A stretch of 48,033 nt of DNA, taken from positions 1-48,033 of the forward strand of contig CANQAI010000003.1 of the NCBI GenBank assembly GCA_947589265.1, in the 5' to 3' direction. Shown piece after piece: positions 19,731-31,098 of the stretch. Every line of letters starts with the position of its first letter. Positions within the stretch are counted from its first letter, which is position 1. Source of the stretch: an uncultured Clostridia bacterium (GTDB lineage: Bacteria; Bacillota; Clostridia; TANB77; CAG-508). The notes below the pieces were generated by a model that was not told the origin of the DNA, made no database searches, and saw only the letters and a list, made by a program, of their open reading frames with translations. The position numbers and the translations under genes were made by a program.

Positions 19731-20447
19731 ATGAAAGAAAAAGTTGGAAAGATAATTAGAATAATATTATGGATATTTATAATTGTTGCTAGCATTTATA
19801 TAGCTTATGGAATTTATAGAGAAAGTAGAATTAGAGACTATGAAGATGGAAATGTTATACAGCCTACAGAAAATTCTACAATAGAAGAACCTTCTACAAA
19901 TGAACTTATGCAAAATGAAGTACAAAATGAGGCAACAGACAATAATGTAGAAGAAAATACACAAAGCAATAATGAGGTGAAAAATACGCAAGCACCAAAA
20001 CCTACAAGTAGTAGTGAAGAAAAATTGCCAAAAGAAATACCTACAACTTACAAAGGCTATACAGTATCAGCTAGATTAACAATTCCTAAAATAAATTTAG
20101 ACACTTATGTGTTTAAAAACTATAGTAAATCTGCATTAGACACTGGATTAACAAGTTATTATGGGGGAAATCCAAACGAAGTAGGAAATTATTGTGTAGC
20201 AGGTCATAATTTCCTTAGAAAGAACATGTTTGGAAGACTTACAGAATTAAAAAAGGGAGATAGAATGACTTTAACAGATAAAAAGCATGGAGCAATTACT
20301 TATCAAGTATATGATATATACAAAGTAAATCCTGATCAAACTGAAGTTTTATCGCAAGAAACAAAAGGTAAAAAGGAGATTACATTAATTACATGTAGTG
20401 ATTATACAAGTAAGAGAATTATTGTAAAGGCAAGAGAAGTAGTTTAA
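19731..20447 (+). CDS. Sortase
   Basis: LTIPKINL, NYCVAGHN, ITLITC, catalytic Arg in KRIIV. Confidence 0.92.
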   Translation: MKEKVGKIIRIILWIFIIVASIYIAYGIYRESRIRDYEDGNVIQPTENSTIEEPSTNELMQNEVQNEATDNNVEENTQSNNEVKNTQAPKPTSSSEEKLPKEIPTTYKGYTVSARLTIPKINLDTYVFKNYSKSALDTGLTSYYGGNPNEVGNYCVAGHNFLRKNMFGRLTELKKGDRMTLTDKKHGAITYQVYDIYKVNPDQTEVLSQETKGKKEITLITCSDYTSKRIIVKAREVV

Positions 20448-20472
20448 AAATTGAAAGGAATTAAGACACAAA

Positions 20473-23400
20473 ATGAAAAAGTTAGTAAAAATAATCTTGT
20501 TTGTAATTTTGGGCTTAATAGTAATCTTTTTTATAATATTTTCTTTACTGCAAAATAATGTGGCAGATCAACAAAAAAGAATTTCTACTACATTCCCAGA
20601 AGATTATAAACCATATATTGAAGAACTAAAAAAACAACATTCAAATTGGGAATTTAAAGCCTTATACACTAATTTAGATTGGAATTATGTAATAGGTAAA
20701 GAAAATGTATATGGAAAAAATTTAGTACCAAAATCATATTCAGATAGTTGGAAAAATACTAAAAAAGGTGAGTATAATGTAGAAATAGATGCAGGCTGGG
20801 TAGATAGTTCAAAACAGGCAGTAGAATATGCAATGGATCCAAGAAATTTCTTAAATTCTGTTAGAGTATTTCAATTTGAAGAATTATCATATAATTCAAA
20901 TACAAATACTTCAAGCAATATTGAAAAAATACTTTATGGTACAGAATTTTATAACAAAATTGTAGAATACAAAACATCAACAGGTAGTAATGTAGTTACA
21001 AATAAAAAATACTCAGATTTAATTTTAACAGCTGCCAAAACGTCTGACGTAAGTGGCTTCCATTTAGCATCTCGTATAAAGCAAGAAGTGGGACCATTTT
21101 TATCACATAGTTCAATTAGTGGCACAGTAGAAGGGTATAAAGGACTATATAATTTTTATAACATAGGAGCAACCAGCTCATCAGAGCCTTTAGGAGCTAT
21201 AAAAAATGGACTTCAATTTGCTAAAGATGGAAAGGGTGCAAGCAGTTCTACTAAATCAAAATATTTAATACCATGGAATACAAAGGAAAAAGCAATTACT
21301 GGTGGAGCAATTTTTATAGGTTCTAGCTATATAAACTTAGGGCAAAATACTATTTATTTGCAAAAATTTCATATTCTAGACAATAGTGGAGATGATAATC
21401 TTTTTTGGCACCAATATATGACAAATGTATTAGCACCATATAGTGAGTCCAAACTTATATATAATGGATATTCAAATAGCAAAATGCTAAATTCTTCTAA
21501 TTCTTTTATTGTACCAATTTATAATAATTTACCAGAACTTCCATGCATTAGCCCTGCTATTAACTCAAAAGATTATACAAGTGATAATAAAAAAGTATAT
21601 TCAAATGTATCTGGTAGTTTAAATATTAGAACAGGACCTGGTACTTCTTATGATGTAATAACAAGTGTTAACTCCGGAGAAGTAATGACAAGAATAGCAA
21701 AAGGCAGGCAAACAGGAGAATTATGGGATAGAGTTCGTTTAGAAAATGGCATTGTAGGCTATGTTTTTCAAGACTATATAAAAGAGGTAAAAGACATTCC
21801 TGTTGAGAAAATAAACTTATCTTTGGAAAATACAACTTTACAAAAAAAAGAAAGTGCTACTATAAAAGTAGAAATAACTCCTTCTGACGCAACTAATAAG
21901 TCATTAACATTTACTTCTAGCAATTCTGGAATAATAACAGTAGATAGCACAGGAAAACTATTTGGAGTAAGCTCAGGAAAAGCTACAATTACAGCAAAGG
22001 CTAAAAATGGCGTAACTGCAAGCATAGATGTGACAGTATATAGCAAAGTCACAGGAATAAAGCTAAAAGAGCAGGACTTATGTTTAGAAGTAGGGCAAAG
22101 TTACAGGTTAGTTCCAATAGTGCTTCCAGAAGATGCAAACAACCAAAAAGTAAATTATTATTCTTCACAAAGCAATATAGCAAATATTGATGAAAATGGA
22201 AACATACAAGCTATATCTAATGGAAATACCACAATAAAAGCAGTAACAGAAGAAGGAAACTTTGAAAGTGAATTAACACTTACTGTAATACCAAAATTAG
22301 AAGAAGGAGCACTTGTATTTGAAAGACCATTACAAGTTAATGCAAATCAAATTATAGGAGTAAATGAAAGAACAACAGTAAAAGAATTGCTAGAAAAGAT
22401 TAAAACTAATTATAGGCTAGAAGTTGTAAATAAATCTGGAACGATATTAACAGAAGAAAAAGTTGTAGGAACAGAAAGTAAAGTTAGAGTTTATGATGAA
22501 GGAAATTTAATTATAGAATATAGAATAATTCTATATGGAGATGTAAATGGAGATGGAAAAATAAATAGCATAGATTTATTAGTGTTGCAAAGGCATATAT
22601 TAGAACTTAAACCATTAGAAGGTATGTTTTTAAAAGCTGGTAATATTGCCAAAAACGGAAAAGCACCATCATCTATTGATTTATTAAAAATACAAAGGCA
22701 CATTTTGAATTTGCAACAAATTGATCAAACCTCTAACAATATAATAAATAGTATACAAACAAAACCTAATACAGAAACAATAAAACTAGAAATCAGCAAA
22801 GAAACTGTAAAACAGGGAGAAGAATTTAGTGTTACAATGAATGCTGAAAATTTTAAAGTATCAGCTTATGATATTAATCTTCACTTCGATTCTAATAAGC
22901 TTGAGCTAATCTCAGAAGCAAAAGATATAAATGTAGAAGATAATAATATAATTTATACTTGGTTTGACGAAAATGGTGGAAAAAATATTAGCAAAAATAA
23001 AGAACTAGCTAAATTTAATTTTAAAGCAAAAGAAGATGGTGTAAATAATTTTTCACTAGAAGGTAATTTCTATAATGAAAAAGAAAATTTAGTAACACCA
23101 AAAATAGAAGTAGCAGAAGTGAAAATAGGAGAAATAAATGAAAAAGAAAATACTTCAAATGAAAATCAAAATGAAACAAATATAGTACAAAGCAATGATA
23201 AAAATAATACAAATTTAGCGATTTTGCGTTTAAATAAACCGGGAATAGTACCTAACTTTAGTAGGGAAATTAAAGAATATTATATTAATGTAAATGAAAG
23301 CATTAATGATTTAGAAATTACAGCTGTTCCAGAAAACTCAAATTCAAAAATAGATATAATAGGAAACAAAAATTTAAAAAACGGACTAAATACTATTATA

Positions 23401-23949
23401 ATTAAAGTTACTTCAGAAAATAATCAAAATGAAACAGAATATAAAATTTATGTAACAAAAACATCAAATGGAGAAACAGCAAATGCACAATTAGAAACAT
23501 TAGCTATTGAAAACCAAACATTAGAGCACAACTTCATAGAAAATATTACAGACTATACAGCACAAGTAGATAACAATGTAAAGAGTTTAAATATTTTAGC
23601 AATTCCACAAAATGAAAATGCAAAAGTAATAATAGAAGGAGCTAATGATTTAAAAGTAGGAGATAATACAGTAATTGTGACTGTTATTGCAGAAAATGAA
23701 GTTACATTTAAAAAATATAAAATTACTGTTCATAGAAGAAATGAGCAAGAACAAAAAGAAGAAGAATATAAGCAAAACAATGTAAATATTAAGCAAGTAA
23801 GCTTAATTGACAACAGTAAACAAATAATAGATAAAAAGCAAGAAAATATGCAAATAAAAAGTGAAAACAGTTTATGGCTTGTAGGTGGAATACTTTTAAT
23901 AATATTAGTATCTGGGATTGTAATAATTAGAATTTTTAAGAAAAAATAA
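20473..23949 (+). CDS. Multidomain cell-wall hydrolase-like protein: glucosaminidase-like, SH3b, 2x Ig (Big_2), dockerin, cohesin-like, 2x cadherin-like, C-terminal TM
   Basis: AMDPRNFL, YNFYNIGA, GQNTIYLQKF, HQYMTN; LNIRTGPGTSY; GDVNGDGKINSIDLL duplicated. Confidence 0.75.
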   Translation: MKKLVKIILFVILGLIVIFFIIFSLLQNNVADQQKRISTTFPEDYKPYIEELKKQHSNWEFKALYTNLDWNYVIGKENVYGKNLVPKSYSDSWKNTKKGEYNVEIDAGWVDSSKQAVEYAMDPRNFLNSVRVFQFEELSYNSNTNTSSNIEKILYGTEFYNKIVEYKTSTGSNVVTNKKYSDLILTAAKTSDVSGFHLASRIKQEVGPFLSHSSISGTVEGYKGLYNFYNIGATSSSEPLGAIKNGLQFAKDGKGASSSTKSKYLIPWNTKEKAITGGAIFIGSSYINLGQNTIYLQKFHILDNSGDDNLFWHQYMTNVLAPYSESKLIYNGYSNSKMLNSSNSFIVPIYNNLPELPCISPAINSKDYTSDNKKVYSNVSGSLNIRTGPGTSYDVITSVNSGEVMTRIAKGRQTGELWDRVRLENGIVGYVFQDYIKEVKDIPVEKINLSLENTTLQKKESATIKVEITPSDATNKSLTFTSSNSGIITVDSTGKLFGVSSGKATITAKAKNGVTASIDVTVYSKVTGIKLKEQDLCLEVGQSYRLVPIVLPEDANNQKVNYYSSQSNIANIDENGNIQAISNGNTTIKAVTEEGNFESELTLTVIPKLEEGALVFERPLQVNANQIIGVNERTTVKELLEKIKTNYRLEVVNKSGTILTEEKVVGTESKVRVYDEGNLIIEYRIILYGDVNGDGKINSIDLLVLQRHILELKPLEGMFLKAGNIAKNGKAPSSIDLLKIQRHILNLQQIDQTSNNIINSIQTKPNTETIKLEISKETVKQGEEFSVTMNAENFKVSAYDINLHFDSNKLELISEAKDINVEDNNIIYTWFDENGGKNISKNKELAKFNFKAKEDGVNNFSLEGNFYNEKENLVTPKIEVAEVKIGEINEKENTSNENQNETNIVQSNDKNNTNLAILRLNKPGIVPNFSREIKEYYINVNESINDLEITAVPENSNSKIDIIGNKNLKNGLNTIIIKVTSENNQNETEYKIYVTKTSNGETANAQLETLAIENQTLEHNFIENITDYTAQVDNNVKSLNILAIPQNENAKVIIEGANDLKVGDNTVIVTVIAENEVTFKKYKITVHRRNEQEQKEEEYKQNNVNIKQVSLIDNSKQIIDKKQENMQIKSENSLWLVGGILLIILVSGIVIIRIFKKK

Positions 23950-24004
23950 AAATAATAGTATTATATTAATCTTATTTAAAGAATAATATAATACTATTTT
24001 AAAT

Positions 24005-24737
24005 TTATTTTATAAATTTAACAATTGCATGTAATAAAGCCCCATCACTACTTTTCATAACAACATAGTGATTTTTATCATCGTTTGTATAATAACAATT
24101 AACTATATTACCAAGTTTTGCACCTGATTTATACATTATTTCAAACTCATTGATTTCACCGAGAATTATATACATCTTCAGGCAAAGCTTCTAATGCATA
24201 ATCTAAATAATAAATATTATGCATATGTTCATTAACATCAATATCTCTTCTTAAAACCTTAAATTCAGAACAAGGAAGGCTAGAAAGTTCAGGTTGCTTA
24301 ATTTTTGGAATATCATTTTCACCAAAAACACTTTTATCTTCAGCTTCATATCTACCAATAACATCTTCAGTAATTTTAGCTATACTTCTATTATTTATAT
24401 TAATCAAGGTCCACTTAGAGCTTGCAATGCAAATAAGTTCACCATTTTTGTCATAAATTTCAAAATCACGAAGGGTATAAAATTTATTAGCATATCCAGC
24501 CCAAGTTCTTACAGTAACAGTATCTCCATAACGTACTCTTTTAAAAACTTTAACCTTCCAATGTAAAAGCATCCAAGTAAATCCATTATCATTTATTTCA
24601 TTAATACCAAAATTCACAGTGTCAGAATGATAACAAGCAATGCTTTCTAGTAATTCTAAAATTCCATGATTAGTTAATAAATTTGAATTGCCAACCTGAG
24701 TTAGACCTATGGTATATTCTTTTTCAATAACAGCCAT
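24005..24737 (-). CDS. Acyl-ACP thioesterase; needs +1 shift at CGG (24161-24159) to give 243 aa
   Basis: RRDIDVNEHMHNIYY; ORF stops at CGG TGA; +1 frame gives GEINEFEIMYKSGAKLGNIVNCYY...LLHAIVKFIK, completing the second hot-dog fold. Confidence 0.85.
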
Positions 24738-24926
24738 TTTTTAAACCACCCTTTCCACCCAATTATATCATAAAAAATAAAAACTGTTTATTTTTATATT
24801 AAATTTATATAAAATTAAAATATATTTATAAAAAATTTTATGACTAATAAGTCAGTATAAAGACATTTTGAATTTTTTATGATATACTAAACATGAAAAA
24901 ATAAATTAGAGGAGAAATCTTTTTAT

Positions 24927-26645
24927 ATGGAAAGAATTAAAATTTATGAAGCTACTGAATTCAATAATGTTAAGGAAATTATTTATAATTCAGTTCAAAA
25001 ATACAAGGAAAAAATTGCTTTTGTAATAAAACATAAAAAAGAAAATGAAGTACTATATGAAAATGTAACATATACAAGACTATTAGAAGATATTAACAAA
25101 TTAGGAACTTGTTTTTATAATATGGGATTAAAGTGCAAAAGAATAGCAATTATAGGTAAAAACAGATATGAATGGGTAATTACCCATTTAGCAAACTTAC
25201 TTGGAGGTATGGTGTCTGTTCCATTAGATAAAGACCTACAATATGATGAACTTGAAAGCTCTATAATAAGAAGTAAAGCAGACTGTATTGTTTTTGATGA
25301 AAAACTAGCAGACAAAATTTCAGAGATTAAGAAAAATGGAAAAACAAACTTAACAGAATATGTATGTATGAGTGAAATAGATGGCTTTAAATCTATAAAG
25401 GAATTATTACAAAAGGGAGAAGAGGCTATTAAAAATGGCCAAAAAGATTATATTGATGCTAAAATAGACGAAAATGCTATGAATATTTTACTATTTACAT
25501 CTGGAACAACAGCAAACTCAAAAGCAGTTATGCTATCTCAAAAAAATATTGCATCTAATATTTATGCAATGCAATGTGTAGAAGACATAAGACAAACAGA
25601 TACCAATATTGCATTTTTACCATTCCACCATATATTTGGTTCTACTTGTATTGTTATGATGCTTGCTTGTGGTGTAAAAAATGTATTTCCAGATGGCTTA
25701 AGATATATTAAGCAAAACTTAAATGAATACAAAGTAACATTATTTGTTGGCGTGCCAGTTTTAATAGAAGCTATTTATAAAACTATTATGAAAGAAATCG
25801 AAAAACAAGGAAAAACAAAACTAATTAAAGTAGCTACTGTAATTAGCAACGCACTTTTAAAACTACATATAGATATTAGAAGAAAAGTATTTAAACAAGT
25901 AATAGATGCTTTAGGTGGAGAACTACGTTTTGTTATTTCAGGTGGAGCACCTGCTGATGCAAAAATTGCTAAAGGATTTAATGACATGGGAATAAAAACA
26001 GTACAAGGATATGGCTTAAGTGAAACTGCTCCTGTTATTGCTGCAGAAAATGAAAAGGCTATGTCAAGTGGGTCTGTTGGTGTTCCTATGATTAATGATA
26101 CAATAGAGATTGACTCTCCAGATGAAAAAGGAATTGGAGAAATAAAAGTAAAAGGACCTAATGTAATGCTTGGATATTACGAAATGCCAGAATTAACAGC
26201 AGAAGTTTTAAAAGATGGATGGTTTTACACAGGAGATTTAGGCTATTTTGACAAAAAAGGCATTTTACACATTACTGGAAGAAATAAAAATATGATAGTT
26301 CTAAAAAATGGCAAAAAAGTATTTCCAGAAGAAGTAGAAACCTTAGTAAACAGATTAGAATTTGTAGAAGAATGTATGGTTTTTGGCATACCAGATAAAA
26401 GAGACAAATCAGATATTAAAATAGCTGTAAAAATAGTATATAATAAAGATGAAGTAAAAGAAAAACAGCCCAATATAAGCGAAGATGAATTATATAAGAT
26501 TATTTGGAATGAAGTTAAACAGCTTAATACAACTTTCCCAAAGTACAAACATATTCAAAAAATGATACTTACATCTGAAGAATTAATAAAAACTACAACC
26601 AAAAAAGTAAAAAGACAAGAAGAAATGAAAAAAATGCTATTATGA
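24927..26645 (+). CDS. Long-chain fatty acid-CoA ligase (AMP-binding)
   Basis: FTSGTTANSK, QGYGLSET, GWFYTGDLG, ITGRNKN. Confidence 0.9.
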   Translation: MERIKIYEATEFNNVKEIIYNSVQKYKEKIAFVIKHKKENEVLYENVTYTRLLEDINKLGTCFYNMGLKCKRIAIIGKNRYEWVITHLANLLGGMVSVPLDKDLQYDELESSIIRSKADCIVFDEKLADKISEIKKNGKTNLTEYVCMSEIDGFKSIKELLQKGEEAIKNGQKDYIDAKIDENAMNILLFTSGTTANSKAVMLSQKNIASNIYAMQCVEDIRQTDTNIAFLPFHHIFGSTCIVMMLACGVKNVFPDGLRYIKQNLNEYKVTLFVGVPVLIEAIYKTIMKEIEKQGKTKLIKVATVISNALLKLHIDIRRKVFKQVIDALGGELRFVISGGAPADAKIAKGFNDMGIKTVQGYGLSETAPVIAAENEKAMSSGSVGVPMINDTIEIDSPDEKGIGEIKVKGPNVMLGYYEMPELTAEVLKDGWFYTGDLGYFDKKGILHITGRNKNMIVLKNGKKVFPEEVETLVNRLEFVEECMVFGIPDKRDKSDIKIAVKIVYNKDEVKEKQPNISEDELYKIIWNEVKQLNTTFPKYKHIQKMILTSEELIKTTTKKVKRQEEMKKMLL

Positions 26646-26656
26646 AATAAAAAAAT

Positions 26657-26692
26657 AAAGAACAGGTAATTTTTTAATTATCTGTTCTTTTT
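26657..26692. terminator. Bidirectional terminator between the ligase gene and the tRNA
   Basis: aaagaacag...ctgttctttttt. Confidence 0.65.
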
Positions 26693-26768
26693 TGGCTCTC
26701 CGTGTTGGACTTGAACCAACGACCTATCGGTTAACAGCCGAGCGCTCTACCGACTGAGCTAACGGAGA
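26693..26768 (-). tRNA. tRNA-Asn(GTT)
   Basis: 76-nt cloverleaf tctccgttagctcagtcggtagagc...ctGTTaa...ggttcaagtcc...gcca with encoded CCA. Confidence 0.97.
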
Positions 26769-26943
26769 ATTTTTAAAGATAATATTTCCAAAAGCAAATT
26801 TATTATAATATAAATTATTAACTTATACAATACATTTTATACAAATTTTAAAAATAAATTTTTGAAAAAATATTGCCAAAAAAAATAGAATAATGATATA
26901 ATTTTTTCATAATAAAAAATACACAAAAGAAGGAAGGATAAAT

Positions 26944-27186
26944 ATGGGACTATTAGCTTTTATAATTAGCGTAATAGCTGGAATTTTAAGCCTTTTTAAA
27001 GCAACAAGATTACCAGCATTTATTGTAGCAATATTTGCAATAATATTTGCAATTGTAGCTACATATCAAAATAGCAAAAAAAGTAGCACCGAGGAAAACA
27101 AGCAAAATTCAAAAGCTTTTGAAGTGGGCTCTGTTATAAATTCCGGTGCTGTATGTCTTGCATACTTAATACTATTATGGCTTTAA
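26944..27186 (+). CDS. Small membrane protein
   Basis: RBS and three hydrophobic segments. Confidence 0.65.
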   Translation: MGLLAFIISVIAGILSLFKATRLPAFIVAIFAIIFAIVATYQNSKKSSTEENKQNSKAFEVGSVINSGAVCLAYLILLWL

Positions 27187-27270
27187 AAAAATATAAAAAT
27201 AATTAAAACTGCACTTTAAGTTTAAAGTGTGGTTTTAATTTATTATGCCATAAATGATTTAATAAAAAAA

Positions 27271-27630
27271 TTACCATTTTAAATTATTAAACACAAAACT
27301 TATAATTAATAATAGAAGTATAAAAATGTAATGTTTACTAAAAAAATTTAATAAATTAGGAATATATGAAAATTTATCTTGTATAAAATCTTTTACTAAC
27401 ATAATTAGAGAAAAAACTATAAAAACAAGTAATGGAATTCCAAGTATATTATACCAAATAGCATCTAAAAATTGAAAATGAAAAATAGAATTAAAAGACC
27501 TAGTCATTCCACAAGCAGGACAATAAAAGCCAGTAACTGCTTTTATAATACAAGTTACTGGCACTATTGCTACTAAAAATAAAAAACTAATTAATATTAC
27601 TAAAATAATACCGTTTTTTATTCTATTCAT
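27271..27630 (-). CDS. DUF2752-family membrane protein
   Basis: CIIKAVTGFYCPACGMTRS...A..YN motif. Confidence 0.85.
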   Translation of the reverse strand: MNRIKNGIILVILISFLFLVAIVPVTCIIKAVTGFYCPACGMTRSFNSIFHFQFLDAIWYNILGIPLLVFIVFSLIMLVKDFIQDKFSYIPNLLNFFSKHYIFILLLLIISFVFNNLKW

Positions 27631-27635
27631 TTATG

Positions 27636-27995
27636 CTAGTCCTTTAATGGATTTCCATTAGCATCTGTATTAATACTTCCAGTTAATATTAAAATTCCTT
27701 CAATTAACCCCCAAATACTAGAAACAACTGCTAACATTCCACAACTTAAAATAGAAATTAATAATTGCGCAATAGCCTTTCCAGTATATCCTAAATAGAA
27801 GTTGTGAATACCTAATGAACCTAAGAAAATACCTAATAAACCAGCAGCAATTTTTGATTTTTGATTAGGATTTGTATTAACATTCGCATTTTGTGTTGGT
27901 GTTGCATTAGTTGTATTAGCATTTGCAGATGCTTTGCAATCTTCGCAAAGTTCTTCTCCATCTTCTATTGGTTTTCCACATTGTTTACAAAACAT
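27636..27995 (-). CDS. Zinc-ribbon plus TM2-domain membrane protein
   Basis: GAGGAGG RBS before MFCKQCG; KSKIAAGLLGIFLGSLGIHNFYLG. Confidence 0.88.
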   Translation of the reverse strand: MFCKQCGKPIEDGEELCEDCKASANANTTNATPTQNANVNTNPNQKSKIAAGLLGIFLGSLGIHNFYLGYTGKAIAQLLISILSCGMLAVVSSIWGLIEGILILTGSINTDANGNPLKD

Positions 27996-28301
27996 AAAAT
28001 TTCCTCCTCTTATTTTTTTGAATATAACATAATTATACAATATTCTACATTTTTTTCAAGACTTTTAGAATATTTTTTATATTACTGTTACTAATTAATG
28101 CTTTTATAACTAATTGCTTTAATAGTACTATTAATATATGAAATAAAAAGTGAGGCTATGTCTTCATAATACAAAAAATAAAAATTGCATATCTTTTTTG
28201 TTGCTAAAAACTTGTAATCTAATTATAAAAATGATAAAATTTAAAAATAAAAAGTAATTAATACAAAGAAAGTCGAATAAACTAGAATAAAAACTAGAAA
28301 G

Positions 28302-29231
28302 GTGGTAGTATTTTTGGAAAAAGATAAAATTTATGAAATACTAACTAAGGAAATTGACTTAAACCACATAAAAAAAGATGAAGAAATGAAAAAACATACA
28401 TCTTTTAAAATAGGTGGAAACGCAGATATATTAGTTACTATAAAAAATGAAAAAGACTTAATATATACTTTAAAAGTTGCAAATGAGTACAATATCCCAA
28501 TAACCATAATAGGCAATGGAACTAATTTATTGGTAAAAGACAATGGAATTAGAGGAATAGTTATTAAAATAGATATAGACAGTGTGCAAATTGAAAGAGA
28601 AGAAAATAATGCAATTATAAAATTAGGTGCAGGAGTTAAAAACTGTAACTTGGCTCAAATGCTTCTAAAAGAGCAAATTGCAGGCTTTGAATTTGCAAGT
28701 GGAATACCTGGCACAATAGGTGGGGCAGTTTATATGAATGCAGGTGCTTATGGTGGAGAAATGAAGGATATTGTTAAAAATGTTACATATATGGAAAAAG
28801 ATTTAAGTGTTCATACCATAACAAATGAAATGTGTGAATTTGATTATAGACACAGCATCTTTTCTGAAAAAGATGTTATAATTACAAATGTAACAATAGA
28901 ATTACCTTATGGAAAAAAAGAAGAAATAAAGCAAAAAATGGACGAGAATATGCAAAACAGAAAAGAAAAGCAACCAATACAAATGCCAAGTGCAGGAAGC
29001 ACATTTAAAAGAGGTGCAGATTTTATTACAGCAAAACTAATAGATGAATGTGGATTAAAAGGCTACAAAGTAGGTGGTGCAGAGGTATCTACCTTGCATG
29101 CTGGTTTTGTTGTAAACACAGGAAATGCAACAGCACAAGATGTAATAGATTTAACAGAACATATAAAAAAAGAAGTTTTAGAAAAATGCTCAAAACAAAT
29201 TGAATTAGAAATAAAAATTGTAGGAGAATAA
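28302..29231 (+). CDS. murB: UDP-N-acetylmuramate dehydrogenase (start may be TTG 28314)
   Basis: HTSFKIGG, IGNGTNLLV, GIPGTIGGAVYMNAGAYG, PSAGSTFKR, HAGFVVN. Confidence 0.97.
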   Translation: MVVFLEKDKIYEILTKEIDLNHIKKDEEMKKHTSFKIGGNADILVTIKNEKDLIYTLKVANEYNIPITIIGNGTNLLVKDNGIRGIVIKIDIDSVQIEREENNAIIKLGAGVKNCNLAQMLLKEQIAGFEFASGIPGTIGGAVYMNAGAYGGEMKDIVKNVTYMEKDLSVHTITNEMCEFDYRHSIFSEKDVIITNVTIELPYGKKEEIKQKMDENMQNRKEKQPIQMPSAGSTFKRGADFITAKLIDECGLKGYKVGGAEVSTLHAGFVVNTGNATAQDVIDLTEHIKKEVLEKCSKQIELEIKIVGE

Positions 29232-29237
29232 TTAATT

Positions 29238-31014
29238 ATGAAGGGTTTTTTAAAGTGGTTTCGGCTCTAGTACTAAAATAAAAAGATGGATATTTCTTAT
29301 ATTAATCGGAATTGCTCTTAGCTGTTTTGGAATGGCAAAAATATTAACTAATGAAAGATTAGACTTTTTACCATTACTAGAAATTATTTTGAGCTTTATA
29401 GTTGGTTTTAGCTTAGTTGTTATATCAGTAGTACAAATGCAAAGAAGAACTTTAGAACTATTAGTACAAGAAACAGATAATAGAGTTGAAAACGAAAAAT
29501 CAAAAGTAAATAGTTTAATTTTTAATAAAAAAGTTTATGAACAAGGACCTAAAATTGTAGCTATTGGTGGAGGCAATGGCTTAAATGCAGTACTAAGGGG
29601 CTTAAAAAAATATACTAATAATTTAACAGCTATTGTAACTGTTTCAGATTATGGCAAACTTGTTCCAGAATCGAGAAAAATATTAGGCTCAATGCCACTA
29701 GATGACATAAAAGAAAGTATTATAGCTCTTTCTGAAAATGAAACTGCTATGAGAAACCTACTTAATGTAAACTTCAGTGAAGGAAGGCTAAAAGACCTTT
29801 GCTTTGGAGATATTTATTTATTAGGAATGAAAGAAGTATATGGCGAATTTACAAAATCTATCGAGCAAGCAGAAAATGTACTTAATATTACAGGTAAAGT
29901 TCTTCCTGTAACATTAGAACCAATACAAATTTGTGCAGAACTAGAAGATGGAACAGTTATAGAAAGCAAAGATAAAATACCTGAAATAGTAAATTCAAAA
30001 GCTAGCAAAATTAACAGAATTTTTATTAATCCTACAAATTGTAAAGTGGCACCAGGAGTTATAGAAGCAATACAAGAAGCAGATGCTATTGTTATTGGTC
30101 CTGGTAGTTTATATACTAATGTAATACCAAATCTTTTGGTTAAAGGTGTTGCAAAAGCTATTAAAGAAAGCAAAGGATTTAAAATTTATGTAAGTAATAT
30201 TATGACAGAGCCAGGTCAAACAGATAGTTACACATTATCAGACCACATTAAGGCAATTAATGAACATACAGGAAAAGGCGTAATTGAATATTGCATTTAT
30301 GATACAGGGGAATTAATTCCAGAATATGTTAGAAAATATAATATGCAAGGCCAAGAATTAGTAGAAATAGACTTAAGCAAAGCAAAAGAAGAAGGAGTAT
30401 ATTTAATGCAAAGAGAAATTTCTTGCATTACCGATGGTTATATTAGACACAATCCTAATGCTGTTGCAGCCTCTATTATTCAACTTATATGTGATGATTT
30501 AAAATTTAAAGATATGCAAAATGATACAAAATATGTTTTACTAAATGATAAATTAAAAGAAGAAAAGAAAAATTTGAAAATAAACAAAAAGAATAATAAC
30601 ATTAGACAAACTAGTAAAAAAGCTCCAAGAGAACCAAGTAAATTCTATAAAAAATATAAAGATAGAATAAAATCTATTCAAGAAGCAGAAATAAAAATGA
30701 AAGTAAAAGCTGGAATTTCTATTGCAGAAGATGAACAAAAACCAAAAAAACAGGTAATGCCAAGAGAAAAACAACCAAAAGAACAAATTAAAAATAATAA
30801 AACAGCTAAGAATACTAATAAGAAAACTTCAAGACTTACTAATATAATAAAAGGCAATAAAGGTAATAAAAACGCTAAATCTAAAAATAATAGTAAACCA
30901 ATAGGTAAACACAGCAAAGAACCTAAAAGTGAAGTTAGACCAAAAGAAATGAAGGAATTAGAAGAAAAAGAAAAAGAAGAATTCTTAAAAGCAATAAACA
31001 GTCTTAGAAAATAA
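29238..31014 (+). CDS. yvcK: YvcK/UPF0052-family protein with N-terminal TMs and basic tail; needs +1 shift at CGG 29262-29264 to give 591 aa
   Basis: GPKIVAIGGGNGL, AIVTVSD, IVIGPGSLYTNVIPNLLV, NIMTEPGQTD; AGGAG and ATG 29238 give MKGFLKWF then GSSTKIKRWIFLILIG. Confidence 0.85.
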
Positions 31015-31098
31015 AAAATAATAGCCGAAAAAACAGAAAAATAATAACCAAAACAAGGAAAACAACAGATAAAACAAATATTTTGGAGGAATATACAA

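Noticed and set aside
26693-26768. tRNA-Asn as an integration site or frameshift-suppressor tRNA
   Set aside because: No duplicated 3' end or nearby integrase was seen, and the anticodon loop is the normal 7 nt.
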